Source: Prevotella sp. UBA1378
GTDB lineage: Bacteria > Bacteroidota > Bacteroidia > Bacteroidales > Bacteroidaceae
Reading direction: 5' to 3'
NCBI GenBank assembly: GCA_002305505.1
Contig: DBRC01000040.1
Location: 1 to 56,657, forward strand
Length of the DNA: 56,657 nt
The notes beneath the pieces were generated by a model, which was given only the letters and a program-made list of their open reading frames with translations, had not been told where the DNA came from and did not search any database. Positions 24,039-33,161 of the stretch are shown one piece after another (position 1 is the stretch's first letter; each line of letters opens with the position of its first letter). The translations under genes and the position numbers were made by a program.

Positions 24039-24413
24039 CTATAGCTTGGCGAGGAAACGGTCGCGGTCGACGACGAAACGCAGGTGCGTACCCTCGCCTA
24101 TCAGCGTGTCGCCCTCGCGGGCCTCGACGCGGAACGAAAGCTTGCGCCCGTCTATCTCTTCGAGCGTCGCGGTGGCTGCGACGCGTGCCCCGGGCTTCGA
24201 AGGCTTCAAGTGGCTCGACGCTATGTGCCCGCCCACCGTGGTCTGCCCCTCGCCGAGCGCAGGCGCCACGGCGAGCATGGCGGCATTCTCCATCAATGCC
24301 AACAAGGCGGGCGTAGACAAAACGGGCATATCCCCCGAACCTAAAGCTATGGCTGTATCCGCGTCGCTTACGACCATGGCACTCGTGTGTGCCAATCCTT
24401 TCCCTATCATCAT
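24039..24413 (-). CDS. FlK-like hotdog-fold thioesterase
   Basis: GSG..VLSTP..ALMENAA, TTVG...SHL, IGEGTHLRFVV. Confidence 0.9.
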   Translation of the reverse strand: MMIGKGLAHTSAMVVSDADTAIALGSGDMPVLSTPALLALMENAAMLAVAPALGEGQTTVGGHIASSHLKPSKPGARVAATATLEEIDGRKLSFRVEAREGDTLIGEGTHLRFVVDRDRFLAKL

Positions 24414-24433
24414 GCTTACTTGTTTTTTATTTG

Positions 24434-24441
24434 CAAAAATA
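24434..24441 (-). promoter_or_regulatory. -7 box (TATTTTTG) for the thioesterase operon
   Basis: TAnnTTTG consensus upstream of ATG 24413. Confidence 0.65.
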
Positions 24442-24538
24442 CGAAAAAAAACACATATCAGCCCATTTTACTGAAAAAAACGGGGCGTTCGCTTAAATTA
24501 TTTCCGCAGACGGTGCTTTCTTCCTACCTTTGCCGCAA

Positions 24539-24669
24539 CGAACAGGGTATATCACATCAATAATAAGGGCATGAGCCGATAAGACAAAATATATAACTCT
24601 CTTGATAATAATGGTATGTTAAATTAAAGTTAAGGCCGGGTTCTTCGCGATGAAGAGCCCGGTCTTTTT
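24539..24669 (+). ncRNA. Candidate ~130-nt small RNA
   Basis: Own -7 box TACCTTTG at 24525-24532, no sizeable ORF, ends in a 15-bp GC-rich hairpin plus U-tract. Confidence 0.6.
24632..24669 (+). terminator. Intrinsic terminator
   Basis: AAGGCCGGGTTCTTC-GCGAT-GAAGAGCCCGGTCTT followed by TTT. Confidence 0.8.
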
Positions 24670-24687
24670 AGTAACTTTGCGGCCGTT

Positions 24688-25224
24688 ATGGCACTCATAA
24701 AATCTATTAAGGGTCTCACGCCGAAATGGGGAAGAGACTGTTATTTCAGCGAAAATGCCACCATCGTGGGCGAGGTAACCATGGGCGACGAATGTTCTAT
24801 ATGGTTTAATGCAGTAGTAAGGGGCGACGTGGCCCCCATTACCATCGGGCACCGCACCAACGTGCAGGACGGCAGCTGCATCCACGTGACCAACACCACC
24901 GGCCCTATCGTCATAGGAAACGACGTGAGCATAGGCCACAACGCTACGGTACATGCCTGCACCATCCGCGACGGAGCACTTATCGGCATGGGGGCTACCC
25001 TGCTCGACCACTGCGAGGTGGGCGAAGGGGCTGTCGTGGCTGCCGGCTCACTGGTGCTGCAAAAGACAATCATCGGCCCGCATGAGATATGGGGCGGCGT
25101 ACCGGCGAAGTTTATCAAGAAAACACGCCCCGACCAGGCGGAATCGTTCGCCAAGCATTACGTGGAATACTCGAAATGGTATCTGGAAGAAGACCTGAAG
25201 CCAGCGAAAGCCCCTACTGACTGA
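24688..25224 (+). CDS. Gamma-class carbonic anhydrase family protein (YrdA-like)
   Basis: Hexapeptide repeats; WFNAVVRGD, NVQD..IH, IGHNATVH metal ligands; -7 box TAACTTTG at 24672-24679. Confidence 0.93.
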   Translation: MALIKSIKGLTPKWGRDCYFSENATIVGEVTMGDECSIWFNAVVRGDVAPITIGHRTNVQDGSCIHVTNTTGPIVIGNDVSIGHNATVHACTIRDGALIGMGATLLDHCEVGEGAVVAAGSLVLQKTIIGPHEIWGGVPAKFIKKTRPDQAESFAKHYVEYSKWYLEEDLKPAKAPTD

Positions 25225-25774
25225 TCTGCCTTAATACCCGGCACGGATTCCCCACTGCCACGCAATTCGCCGGTATATCCTTCACAACGACAGAGCCGCC
25301 GCCGATAACGGCACCGTCGCCGATGGTAACGCCCGGCATCACTTGCACGCCGGCGCCTATCCACACGTTATTGCCCACGGTTATGGGCAATGCCCACTCG
25401 AGCCCCCGGTTGCGCCGGGCGGCATCGGTAGGGTGCTGGGCTGCATAGAAGCCGCAATTAGGCCCGACGAAGACGTTGTCGCCGAAGGTTACCTGCGCCG
25501 CATCGAGGATGACGCAATTGGTGTTTGCGAAAAAGTTCTCGCCTATCCGTATATTATAACCGTAGTCGCAGAAAAACGGCTGTACGATTTCGAACACCTG
25601 CCCTGCCGCACCCAGTATGCGCCGCATCGACTGCTGCAGTGCACCGGTGTCAGAAGGGTGCAGGCGGTTGTACTCGTAAAGACGCCCGCGGCAGTCCATC
25701 CGTCCGCGCACCAGTTCACTGTCGGAACAAGCATCGTAGAGCTCGCCGGCTTGCGCCTTCTCTTTCTCCGTCAT
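25214..25774 (-). CDS. Sugar (maltose-type) O-acetyltransferase
   Basis: MTEKEK..AGELY start; PFFCDYGYNI, VWIG..V.PGVTIG, VAVGNPCRV. True start 25774 overlaps the upstream stop (TAATG). Confidence 0.92.
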   Translation of the reverse strand: MTEKEKAQAGELYDACSDSELVRGRMDCRGRLYEYNRLHPSDTGALQQSMRRILGAAGQVFEIVQPFFCDYGYNIRIGENFFANTNCVILDAAQVTFGDNVFVGPNCGFYAAQHPTDAARRNRGLEWALPITVGNNVWIGAGVQVMPGVTIGDGAVIGGGSVVVKDIPANCVAVGNPCRVLRQISQ

Positions 25775-26172
25775 TACTTGTTCTTCTGGTAATACCGCAA
25801 GCCGCGCTTCACGTTTTCCTTCACGGCCTTCGAGGACATCGTGGCACCGCTTACGCCGTCGACCTCTGCCGCCAGCGCCTTGCTCACCTTCATTCCGTTC
25901 CACTTGGCGAGCATCAGGCTCTCCACCCGTGCGAAGAATTTAGGCGTTTCGCCATTGGGCAAGGCTTCAATCCTCTCCACCTTGTTCTTCCTGATGTAAA
26001 TCCTAAGCGGCGTAGGCCCGTGGAATCCCCGCACGTCCTTTGCCAGTGTGGCGGTATTCACGACATACGCGCCATTGTCGTTCTTCATCACATCGCCGTC
26101 GGCGGTCTTGCCGCTCGCCGGCACGGCTGCCATTATCATGGCGGCGGCAATCATTGATATCGTTTTCTCCAT
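25774..26172 (-). CDS. Exported FMN-binding domain protein
   Basis: Signal peptide; GFHGP, ETP, VDGVSGATMSS flavinylation motif. Confidence 0.88.
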   Translation of the reverse strand: MEKTISMIAAAMIMAAVPASGKTADGDVMKNDNGAYVVNTATLAKDVRGFHGPTPLRIYIRKNKVERIEALPNGETPKFFARVESLMLAKWNGMKVSKALAAEVDGVSGATMSSKAVKENVKRGLRYYQKNK

Positions 26173-26268
26173 ATTGTCGTAAACATATTTATTTTCTTAC
26201 CTGTATTCCTTAAACAGCAATGCCGCGGCAACACCCGTGCCCCCGGAAAAAAGCGGAGCGCAAGGGCA

Positions 26269-27354
26269 TCAGCCGTTCTTCAGCGTTGCCACGATATATT
26301 CGGAGCGCGTACCGATGCGGAACTTCCCGCCCCAGATACCCAGTCCGGAACTGACGTAATAACGCGTATTGCCGCGCTGCCATGGGCCGAACGCACATTC
26401 ATAAATCAACCCGGTGATTAAAGAGCCGGGCCACACCTGCCCGTGGTGGGTATGCCCGCTCAACTGGAAATCGGCCCCGGCCTGCTCGGCCTGCTCGAGA
26501 TGATAAGGCTGATGGTCGAGCACGATGGTGTACTTCTCCTTGTCCACACCTTCCATCAGCCGGTCGAGAGCCGCACGCTGCGCGTTGGTGCGGTCGTCGC
26601 GCCCTACGATTTGCAAATCGCCCACCGTCGCCACGCTGTCTACCAACAAGCAGATACCCGCCTCACGAAAGAAAGCCCGTGCAGCCTGCCTGTTGCTGAA
26701 ATACTCATGATTGCCCAAACAGGCATAGACAGGGGCTTTCAGGCGGCGGAACTCCCCGGCCATGCCCTCTTCCATGAGCGGGCGCAGACTCATGTCGATG
26801 ATGTCGCCCGCAATCAAAACCACGTCGGGCTGTTCACGGTTTACCATGTCTATCCACCGGTGCAATTCGGCACGGCGGTTGTGGTAGCCCAAATGGAGGT
26901 CGCTTATCATGACAATCTTTTGCTGCCGCTGCAGTGACTTTCCGGTAGTCAGTTCCAACGGCTGGCGCACCTTATCCTTATAGTGCAAGTTGCCGTAGAG
27001 AAAGAGGCCGGACAGCAAGGCGAACAAGCCGCCGGCCATCCACCAGTTGGCGTAAAGCCATGCTTTAGGCACTATGTGCAGAAGGCGGCCGATGTCTAAC
27101 ACGAGAAAGGCCATTACCATGTAAAGCATGATAACGAGCGACGAGGTACCTATTTCATAGAGGGTTGACGCCAGCGTAAGCGGCAGCCTGTCGGATATGC
27201 CCGAAAAGACGAGGAACAGCAGCAGGAAGGACATTACGCCAAGCGAGATAACGGCCGTTTTCCATAAGGCAGCTAACGGCAACAGGCACCAAAGGTGCCA
27301 TCCGAGGTATGCCAACGCCAATACCGGTATAGCCAGAAACAATATAATACCCAT
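26269..27354 (-). CDS. Membrane-anchored metallophosphoesterase (YkuE-like)
   Basis: Four N-terminal TM helices; SDLH, GDIID, GNHE, GHTH, SSGLG motifs. Confidence 0.92.
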   Translation of the reverse strand: MGIILFLAIPVLALAYLGWHLWCLLPLAALWKTAVISLGVMSFLLLFLVFSGISDRLPLTLASTLYEIGTSSLVIMLYMVMAFLVLDIGRLLHIVPKAWLYANWWMAGGLFALLSGLFLYGNLHYKDKVRQPLELTTGKSLQRQQKIVMISDLHLGYHNRRAELHRWIDMVNREQPDVVLIAGDIIDMSLRPLMEEGMAGEFRRLKAPVYACLGNHEYFSNRQAARAFFREAGICLLVDSVATVGDLQIVGRDDRTNAQRAALDRLMEGVDKEKYTIVLDHQPYHLEQAEQAGADFQLSGHTHHGQVWPGSLITGLIYECAFGPWQRGNTRYYVSSGLGIWGGKFRIGTRSEYIVATLKNG

Positions 27355-27383
27355 GTACCTCACTTATATTTTTGACTGCAAAA

Positions 27384-28601
27384 TCACAGATTAACATCCG
27401 AAAGAATCCTGTCGGTGGCTCCGGCCCGGCTCTTGACAAAAGCGCCCGCCTTGCTGCCAGCCTGCTCGAGATAGCCGGGCTGGCCGGTGAAACGTGCCAT
27501 CAGGGCCCTAAAGCCGGCTGCATCCGCAATCTCGAACCCGCCCTCCTGCTCCATGATGCCCTGCGCTTCATGGAAATTCTTATTGTTAGGGCCGAAAACC
27601 ACGGGCATATCCCATACGGCGGCCTCCAGCACATTGTGGATACCCACGCCGAAACCGCCGCCTACATAGGCCACCTCGCCGTAATGGTAAACCGAGGAGA
27701 GCAGCCCGAAACAGTCGATAATCAGGCAGTCGGCCTGTGCAGCCTCTTCCGGTGTCGTCTGTGTATAGCGCACGGCCTTGCCTTCAAACTTCTGTAGAAT
27801 CTGTTTCAGATGGTCCTCGCCGATAACATGGGGCGCCACGATCAGCTTCCAGTCCCTATGCTCATTGAAATAGGGGATGAAGATGTCCTCGTCGGGTGCC
27901 CAGCTCGAGCCGGCCACGAACACGTTCCTGCCCTGCTTAAAGGCCTCAACGATAGGCAGCCGTTTGCTTTGCTCCTTTATCTGCAGCACGCGGTCGAACC
28001 GGGTGTCGCCCGTAATGGCCACGTCGGTGATGCCGATTTTTCCGAGCAGCTGCTTACTGATGTCGTTCTGCACGTAGAAGCGGGTAAAGCATTTCAGCAC
28101 ATTGGCATACTGGCGGCCATACCAGCGGAAGAATATCTGGTCGGGACGGAAGATGCTCGACACACTGTATACCGGCACGCCGCGATGGCGCAGGATATGC
28201 AGGTAGTTGTACCAGAACTCGTACTTGATGAAGAAAGCCATCACCGGGCGTATGGTGCGCAGGAAGCGGCGGGCATTGGTGATGGTATCCAGGGGCAGAT
28301 AGCATACGATGTCAGCCCCTTCGTAGTCTTTACGCACTTCGTAACCCGACGGGGAGAAGAACGTAAGCAGTATCTTGTATTCGGGATGCAGCTGCCGGAG
28401 GCGCTCCATCATAGGGCGCCCCTGCTCAAACTCGCCCAGCGATGCCGCATGAAACCATACATACCGGGCATGAGGATCCATTTTCTCCCGCAGCACGCGG
28501 AAAGCGTCACGCTCGCCGCGCCACATCTTTTTTACCTTCTTATCGAACAGGCTGACAACCGCCACGCCCAGCAGATAGAAGTAGATTGCGACATTATACA
28601 T
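27384..28601 (-). CDS. waaA: 3-deoxy-D-manno-octulosonic acid (Kdo) transferase
   Basis: WFHAASLGEFEQ, TFFSPSG, YLPLD, GDTRFD, YVGGGF..HNVLEAA. Confidence 0.93.
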   Translation of the reverse strand: MYNVAIYFYLLGVAVVSLFDKKVKKMWRGERDAFRVLREKMDPHARYVWFHAASLGEFEQGRPMMERLRQLHPEYKILLTFFSPSGYEVRKDYEGADIVCYLPLDTITNARRFLRTIRPVMAFFIKYEFWYNYLHILRHRGVPVYSVSSIFRPDQIFFRWYGRQYANVLKCFTRFYVQNDISKQLLGKIGITDVAITGDTRFDRVLQIKEQSKRLPIVEAFKQGRNVFVAGSSWAPDEDIFIPYFNEHRDWKLIVAPHVIGEDHLKQILQKFEGKAVRYTQTTPEEAAQADCLIIDCFGLLSSVYHYGEVAYVGGGFGVGIHNVLEAAVWDMPVVFGPNNKNFHEAQGIMEQEGGFEIADAAGFRALMARFTGQPGYLEQAGSKAGAFVKSRAGATDRILSDVNL

Positions 28602-30119
28602 TTATTTCAGCACTTCGATGGCACGTCGCATCCGGGCGAGGGTTTCCTCCTTGCCCAGGAATGCAGAGATATCAAACATGCCGGGGCCTTTCCCCTCGCC
28701 TACGAGGGCCAGCCGCCACGCATTCATCACGTTGCCCAGTTTGTATTCTTTCTGCTCTACCCAGCGCTCCACCACCTGTTCCTGGTGTGCGATGGAGAAA
28801 TCGTCGAGGCCTTCGAGCAGCCCGGCCAACTCGCCCATCACCTGGGCCGAGTCTTCCTTCCAGCGCTTCTTGCGCGTCTTCTCGTCGTACGCTTGCGGGG
28901 CGACGAAAAAGAACGAGCACAGCGGCCACAGCTCGCCGACGAAGCTGACGCGGTCTTTCATCATGGCCACCACCCGGGTGATGCGTTCCAAAGGCTCGTC
29001 GACCCCCTGCGCCTTCACTACCGGGGCGAAAAGCGCAGCTATCTCTTCATTGCTCTTCGAGAGCATATATTCGTGATTGAACCAGATACCTTTCTGGTAA
29101 TCAAAGCGGGCACCGGCCTTCGAACATTTGGAAAGGTCGAACAGCCCCACCAGTTCGTCAAGACTGTAAAGCTCGCGTTCGGTACCTGGATTCCAACCTA
29201 AGAAAGCGAGGAAGTTGATGACGGCCTCGGGGAAATAACCGCTCTCGCGGAAGCCCGACGACACCTCGCCCGTCTTCGGGTCGCGCCACTCCAAGGGGAA
29301 TACCGGGAAGCCGAGGCGGTCGCCGTCGCGTTTCGACAGCTTGCCCTTGCCCTCGGGCTTGAGCAGCAGCGGCAGATGGGCAAAGCGCGGCATGGTATCA
29401 GTCCAGCCAAAAGCCTGATACAGCAACACATGGAGCGGTGCCGAAGGCAGCCATTCCTCGCCGCGGATGACGTGGGTGATTTCCATCAGGTGGTCGTCCA
29501 CGATGTTGGCCAGATGATAGGTAGGCAGCCCGTCGGCACTCTTGTAGAGCACCTTGTCGTCGAGGATATCGCTCTTGATGCGCACCTCGCCGCGGATGAG
29601 GTCGTCTACCAATACGGTTGTGCCCGGCTCTATCTTGAACCGCACGACATACTGCCCGCCGCCAGCCATCAGCCGCTCCACCTCTTCCGGTGCGAGCGTG
29701 AGCGAATTGCGCATCTGCATGCGGGTATGGGCATCGTACTGGAAGTTCTCCATAGCCTGCCGCTTGGCCTCAAGCTCCTCGGGCGTGTCGAACGCAAGAT
29801 AGGCCTTACCGCTGGCGAGCAGCTGGTCTACATATTCCTTATATATAGCGCGGCGCTCGCTTTGCCGGTAGGGCCCGTGCGCGCCGCCGAAGCCGACGCC
29901 TTCGTCGAACCGGATGCCCAGCCACTTGAATGATTCGATGATATATTCTTCCGCACCCGGCACGAAGCGGTGCGAATCGGTATCTTCAATGCGGAAGACC
30001 ATGTCGCCTCCATGCTGACGGGCAAATAAATAGTTGTATAACGCGGTACGCACGCCGCCGATATGTAAAGCCCCCGTCGGACTCGGTGCAAAACGCACCC
30101 TCACTCTTCTTTCAGCCAT
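28602..30119 (-). CDS. gltX: Glutamate--tRNA ligase
   Basis: [13 protein letters not shown] (HIGH), [20 protein letters not shown] (KMSKS). Confidence 0.98.
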   Translation of the reverse strand: MAERRVRVRFAPSPTGALHIGGVRTALYNYLFARQHGGDMVFRIEDTDSHRFVPGAEEYIIESFKWLGIRFDEGVGFGGAHGPYRQSERRAIYKEYVDQLLASGKAYLAFDTPEELEAKRQAMENFQYDAHTRMQMRNSLTLAPEEVERLMAGGGQYVVRFKIEPGTTVLVDDLIRGEVRIKSDILDDKVLYKSADGLPTYHLANIVDDHLMEITHVIRGEEWLPSAPLHVLLYQAFGWTDTMPRFAHLPLLLKPEGKGKLSKRDGDRLGFPVFPLEWRDPKTGEVSSGFRESGYFPEAVINFLAFLGWNPGTERELYSLDELVGLFDLSKCSKAGARFDYQKGIWFNHEYMLSKSNEEIAALFAPVVKAQGVDEPLERITRVVAMMKDRVSFVGELWPLCSFFFVAPQAYDEKTRKKRWKEDSAQVMGELAGLLEGLDDFSIAHQEQVVERWVEQKEYKLGNVMNAWRLALVGEGKGPGMFDISAFLGKEETLARMRRAIEVLK

Positions 30120-30150
30120 AGATTTGGTAGCTTTTGGGAAAAATTTTGTG

Positions 30151-30158
30151 CAAAATTA
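30151..30158 (-). promoter_or_regulatory. -7 box (TAATTTTG) for gltX
   Basis: TAnnTTTG consensus upstream of the gltX ATG. Confidence 0.7.
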
Positions 30159-30240
30159 CATATTTTTTTTCACTTTTGCCGTTTTTTTTCGTATTTTCGC
30201 AAAGTAAATGGAAGATTAGGGCAAATAATGAGATATTGAG

Positions 30241-32292
30241 ATGGGAAAATTCAACTTAAAAGAAGATATTACATGGCGCGACATACTGATACGCCTCGCC
30301 TTGTCGGTTGCGACGGTGGCTGTCATTATATGGGCCATGCCGCGCGACAGCCGGAGCTATTTCCACGTAGAACAGGGGAAACCGTGGAAGTATTCGGCCT
30401 TCACCGCGCCCTTCGACTTCCCGATATACAAGTCGGAAAGCTCCATACAAAGGGAGAAAGACAGCCTGATGCGCCTATACGAACCCTACTACAGCTTTAA
30501 TAAAGAGACGGAAGGCGAACAGGTGCGCAGGTTCGTGTCGGACTACAGCAACGGCATACCGGGGCTTCCCGACGACTATATCAGCATCATTGCCAACCGC
30601 TTGCACCGGCTGTACCAACAGGGGATTATCAACCCGGCGGAATACAACAAGCTACGCACCGACACATCGAGGATGATACGCATTGTCAGCGGGAAGAGTG
30701 CGGCAAGCGTACAAATCACCAAGGTGCTCTCAACGAAAGGGGCCTACGAACAGCTGTATCTCGACGACGCCCTGGCGGCCCACCGGCAGATACTGCAGAA
30801 ATGCAACCTGAACGACTATATCACGCCCAACCTGATTTACGACAAGGAGCGCAGCGAACAGAGCATGAGCGACCTGCTGAGCAGCATCGCCCTGGCAACG
30901 GGAGTGGTGCAGAAAGGGCAGAAAATCATCGACCGGGGCGATATCGTGGACGAGAAGGTGTACAGGATACTCGAGTCGTTCATCAAAGAGAACGACAAGC
31001 GGGGACGCGACTCCACGCAAATTGAGCTGACGTTCTTCGGCGACATGCTCTATGTATTCATCCTCGTGGCGTGCTTCACGCTCTACCTCAGCCTGTTCAG
31101 GAAAGACTACTTCGACAAGTCGCGGTCGATAGCCATGCTCTACTCGATGATCATCATCTTCTCACTGCTCACCTCACTGCTCGTACGCAACACACTGCTG
31201 CACGTATACATCCTGCCCTACGCCATGCTGCCGATATTCATCCGCGTATTCATGGACTCGCGCACGGCCTTCATCACACACCTCACAATGGTGCTCATCT
31301 GCGCCTGCATGCTGCAACACCCGTTCGACTTCATCGTCATCGAGACCGTGGCCGGACTGGCGGCCATCTATTCGCTGCGCGAACTGTCGAACCGTGCCCA
31401 GCTGTTCAAGTCGGCTGTCATCGTCACACTGGCCAGCATGGCCATGAACATCGCCTTCGACCTCATACACATGTCGGCCATCTCCGAGCTCGACTTCAGC
31501 AACTACAACTTCTTCATCGCCAACGGCATGCTGCTGCTCTTCGCCTATCCGCTGCTGTACCTCATAGAAAAGACGTTCGGGTTTACCAGCGACATCACGC
31601 TCATCGAACTGTCGAACACCAACCACCCGCTGCTACGGCGGCTGAGCGAGGTGGCACCCGGCACGTTCCAGCACTCAATACAAGTGGGCAACCTTGCTGC
31701 CGAGATTGCCAACAAGATAGGGGCCAAGAGCCAGCTGGTGCGCACCGGTGCACTGTACCACGACATAGGGAAGATGGCAAACCCCATCTACTTCACGGAA
31801 AACCAGTCGGGTGTCGACCCGCACGAGAACCTCTCGTGCATAGAGAGCGCACAGATCATTATCAGCCATGTGACAGAAGGACTGAAAATGGCGGAGAAGA
31901 ACAACCTGCCCAACATCATCAAAGACTTCATCAGCACGCACCACGGACAAGGGAAAGCTAAGTATTTCTACGTGAAATACAAGAACGAACATCCCGGCGA
32001 GGAGGTAGACGAACTGCTGTTCACCTACCCGGGCACAAACCCATTCACCCGCGAACAGGCCATACTGATGATGGCAGACACCGTAGAGGCGGCCTCGCGC
32101 TCGATGCCCGACTATACGGAGAAATCAATCCGCGACCTCGTAAACCGACTGATCGACTGCCAGGTAAACGAGGGATACTTCCGCGAATGCCCCATCACCT
32201 TCCGCGACATCGCCTACGCAAAGACCGTGCTCATAGAGAAACTGAAGACTATCTATCACACGCGTGTGAATTATCCGGAGCTGAAACGCTAA
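30241..32292 (+). CDS. 7TM-HD phosphohydrolase (PgpH-like cyclic-di-AMP phosphodiesterase family)
   Basis: Extracytoplasmic domain, multiple TM helices, APGTFQHS, ALYHDIGK, HHG, MADTVEAASR. Confidence 0.9.
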   Translation: MGKFNLKEDITWRDILIRLALSVATVAVIIWAMPRDSRSYFHVEQGKPWKYSAFTAPFDFPIYKSESSIQREKDSLMRLYEPYYSFNKETEGEQVRRFVSDYSNGIPGLPDDYISIIANRLHRLYQQGIINPAEYNKLRTDTSRMIRIVSGKSAASVQITKVLSTKGAYEQLYLDDALAAHRQILQKCNLNDYITPNLIYDKERSEQSMSDLLSSIALATGVVQKGQKIIDRGDIVDEKVYRILESFIKENDKRGRDSTQIELTFFGDMLYVFILVACFTLYLSLFRKDYFDKSRSIAMLYSMIIIFSLLTSLLVRNTLLHVYILPYAMLPIFIRVFMDSRTAFITHLTMVLICACMLQHPFDFIVIETVAGLAAIYSLRELSNRAQLFKSAVIVTLASMAMNIAFDLIHMSAISELDFSNYNFFIANGMLLLFAYPLLYLIEKTFGFTSDITLIELSNTNHPLLRRLSEVAPGTFQHSIQVGNLAAEIANKIGAKSQLVRTGALYHDIGKMANPIYFTENQSGVDPHENLSCIESAQIIISHVTEGLKMAEKNNLPNIIKDFISTHHGQGKAKYFYVKYKNEHPGEEVDELLFTYPGTNPFTREQAILMMADTVEAASRSMPDYTEKSIRDLVNRLIDCQVNEGYFRECPITFRDIAYAKTVLIEKLKTIYHTRVNYPELKR

Positions 32293-32360
32293 AAGAAACT
32301 GTCGCCGCCCGGCCGCAAAAGGCCATGCCGCTACATGAGGGAACATCTACCCCCATTTTG

Positions 32361-32526
32361 TTTTTTGGCCATTTATCAGAGATTTTTGGCCATTTATCTC
32401 CGAAAAATGGCCAAAAATCAAAACCGATAGTTTCTCGTTGTCCGCCAACGGTCGTGTTCATGGCGGATGACTACCGCCACGGCGGAAAGAAATATTGCAA
32501 TATTTCTTTCCGCCCTGTTATCCGCC
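32361..32526. repeat. Cluster of palindromic (REP/BIME-like) elements
   Basis: GATTTTTGGCCATTT-n9-AAATGGCCAAAAATC (32381-32419) with a direct half-copy 21 bp upstream; perfect 34-bp palindrome at 32481-32514. Confidence 0.8.
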
Positions 32527-32646
32527 TGCTGCCCGTAGCTTGCCTTCATGGCTGCAATTTCTTCCTTTTTACAGCAAAGACAGTAATTGCTTATCCCGAA
32601 CTCAGGTATCTTATTATAATTTTACAGATATGATGCTTGCACTATT

Positions 32647-33138
32647 CTAATACGGCATTGCACATGGGTAACGACCTGTTTTAATTTTTTCGACAAGCCA
32701 GTTGTAAGGATATACAGCTCCATAATCTGTTATATTAGCATATTCTTCTGTTAGCTCGCCAATATGAATTGCTTCTTCTTGTCCCAATTTCCAAACATAC
32801 CAATGGTAGGATTTTAGACAAGAAGAGGAGTAGTCGGTAGCCGAACGAAACATAATAGAATCAAAACTTCCGACATTCTTGCTTTTACCAACTTTGGTCC
32901 ATGCATTTTCTTGAATTCCAAACTTCAGTACTGTATGAGAATAGAAATCTACCTCATCTGCAACAATATCCTCCATACCTGGTTCCACTTCTAATGGATA
33001 AACAGTCTTAAAGACTCTTATTGTTGAACTGTTTAGTTGGTAGATATCGTTCGCGATATACTGAAAGTATCGTTTGCGCTTATCATCTATCTTCACACAG
33101 AAGATATCTCCTATTTTTGTAACTATTCTTTTCATCAT
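32647..33138 (-). CDS. Immunity protein, Imm26-like
   Basis: Directly downstream of the Rhs toxin tip; N-terminal K(I)GDIFCVKI...YFQYI pattern and W.KVG motif typical of Imm26. Confidence 0.75.
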   Translation of the reverse strand: MMKRIVTKIGDIFCVKIDDKRKRYFQYIANDIYQLNSSTIRVFKTVYPLEVEPGMEDIVADEVDFYSHTVLKFGIQENAWTKVGKSKNVGSFDSIMFRSATDYSSSCLKSYHWYVWKLGQEEAIHIGELTEEYANITDYGAVYPYNWLVEKIKTGRYPCAMPY

Positions 33139-33143
33139 TACTG

Positions 33144-33151
33144 CAAAGATA
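33144..33151 (-). promoter_or_regulatory. -7 box (TATCTTTG) 5 nt upstream of the immunity ATG
   Basis: Perfect TAnnTTTG match in the 23-nt gap between toxin and immunity genes. Confidence 0.65.
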
Positions 33152-33161
33152 ATACATTTTT

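Noticed and set aside
25775-25903. 43-aa N-terminal extension of the sugar acetyltransferase ORF
   Set aside because: Overlaps the FMN-binding gene; the family-typical start MTEKEK at 25774 is translationally coupled
32187-32633. 148-aa and 70-aa ORFs across the palindrome cluster
   Set aside because: Translations merely reflect the DNA repeats and overlap the HD gene
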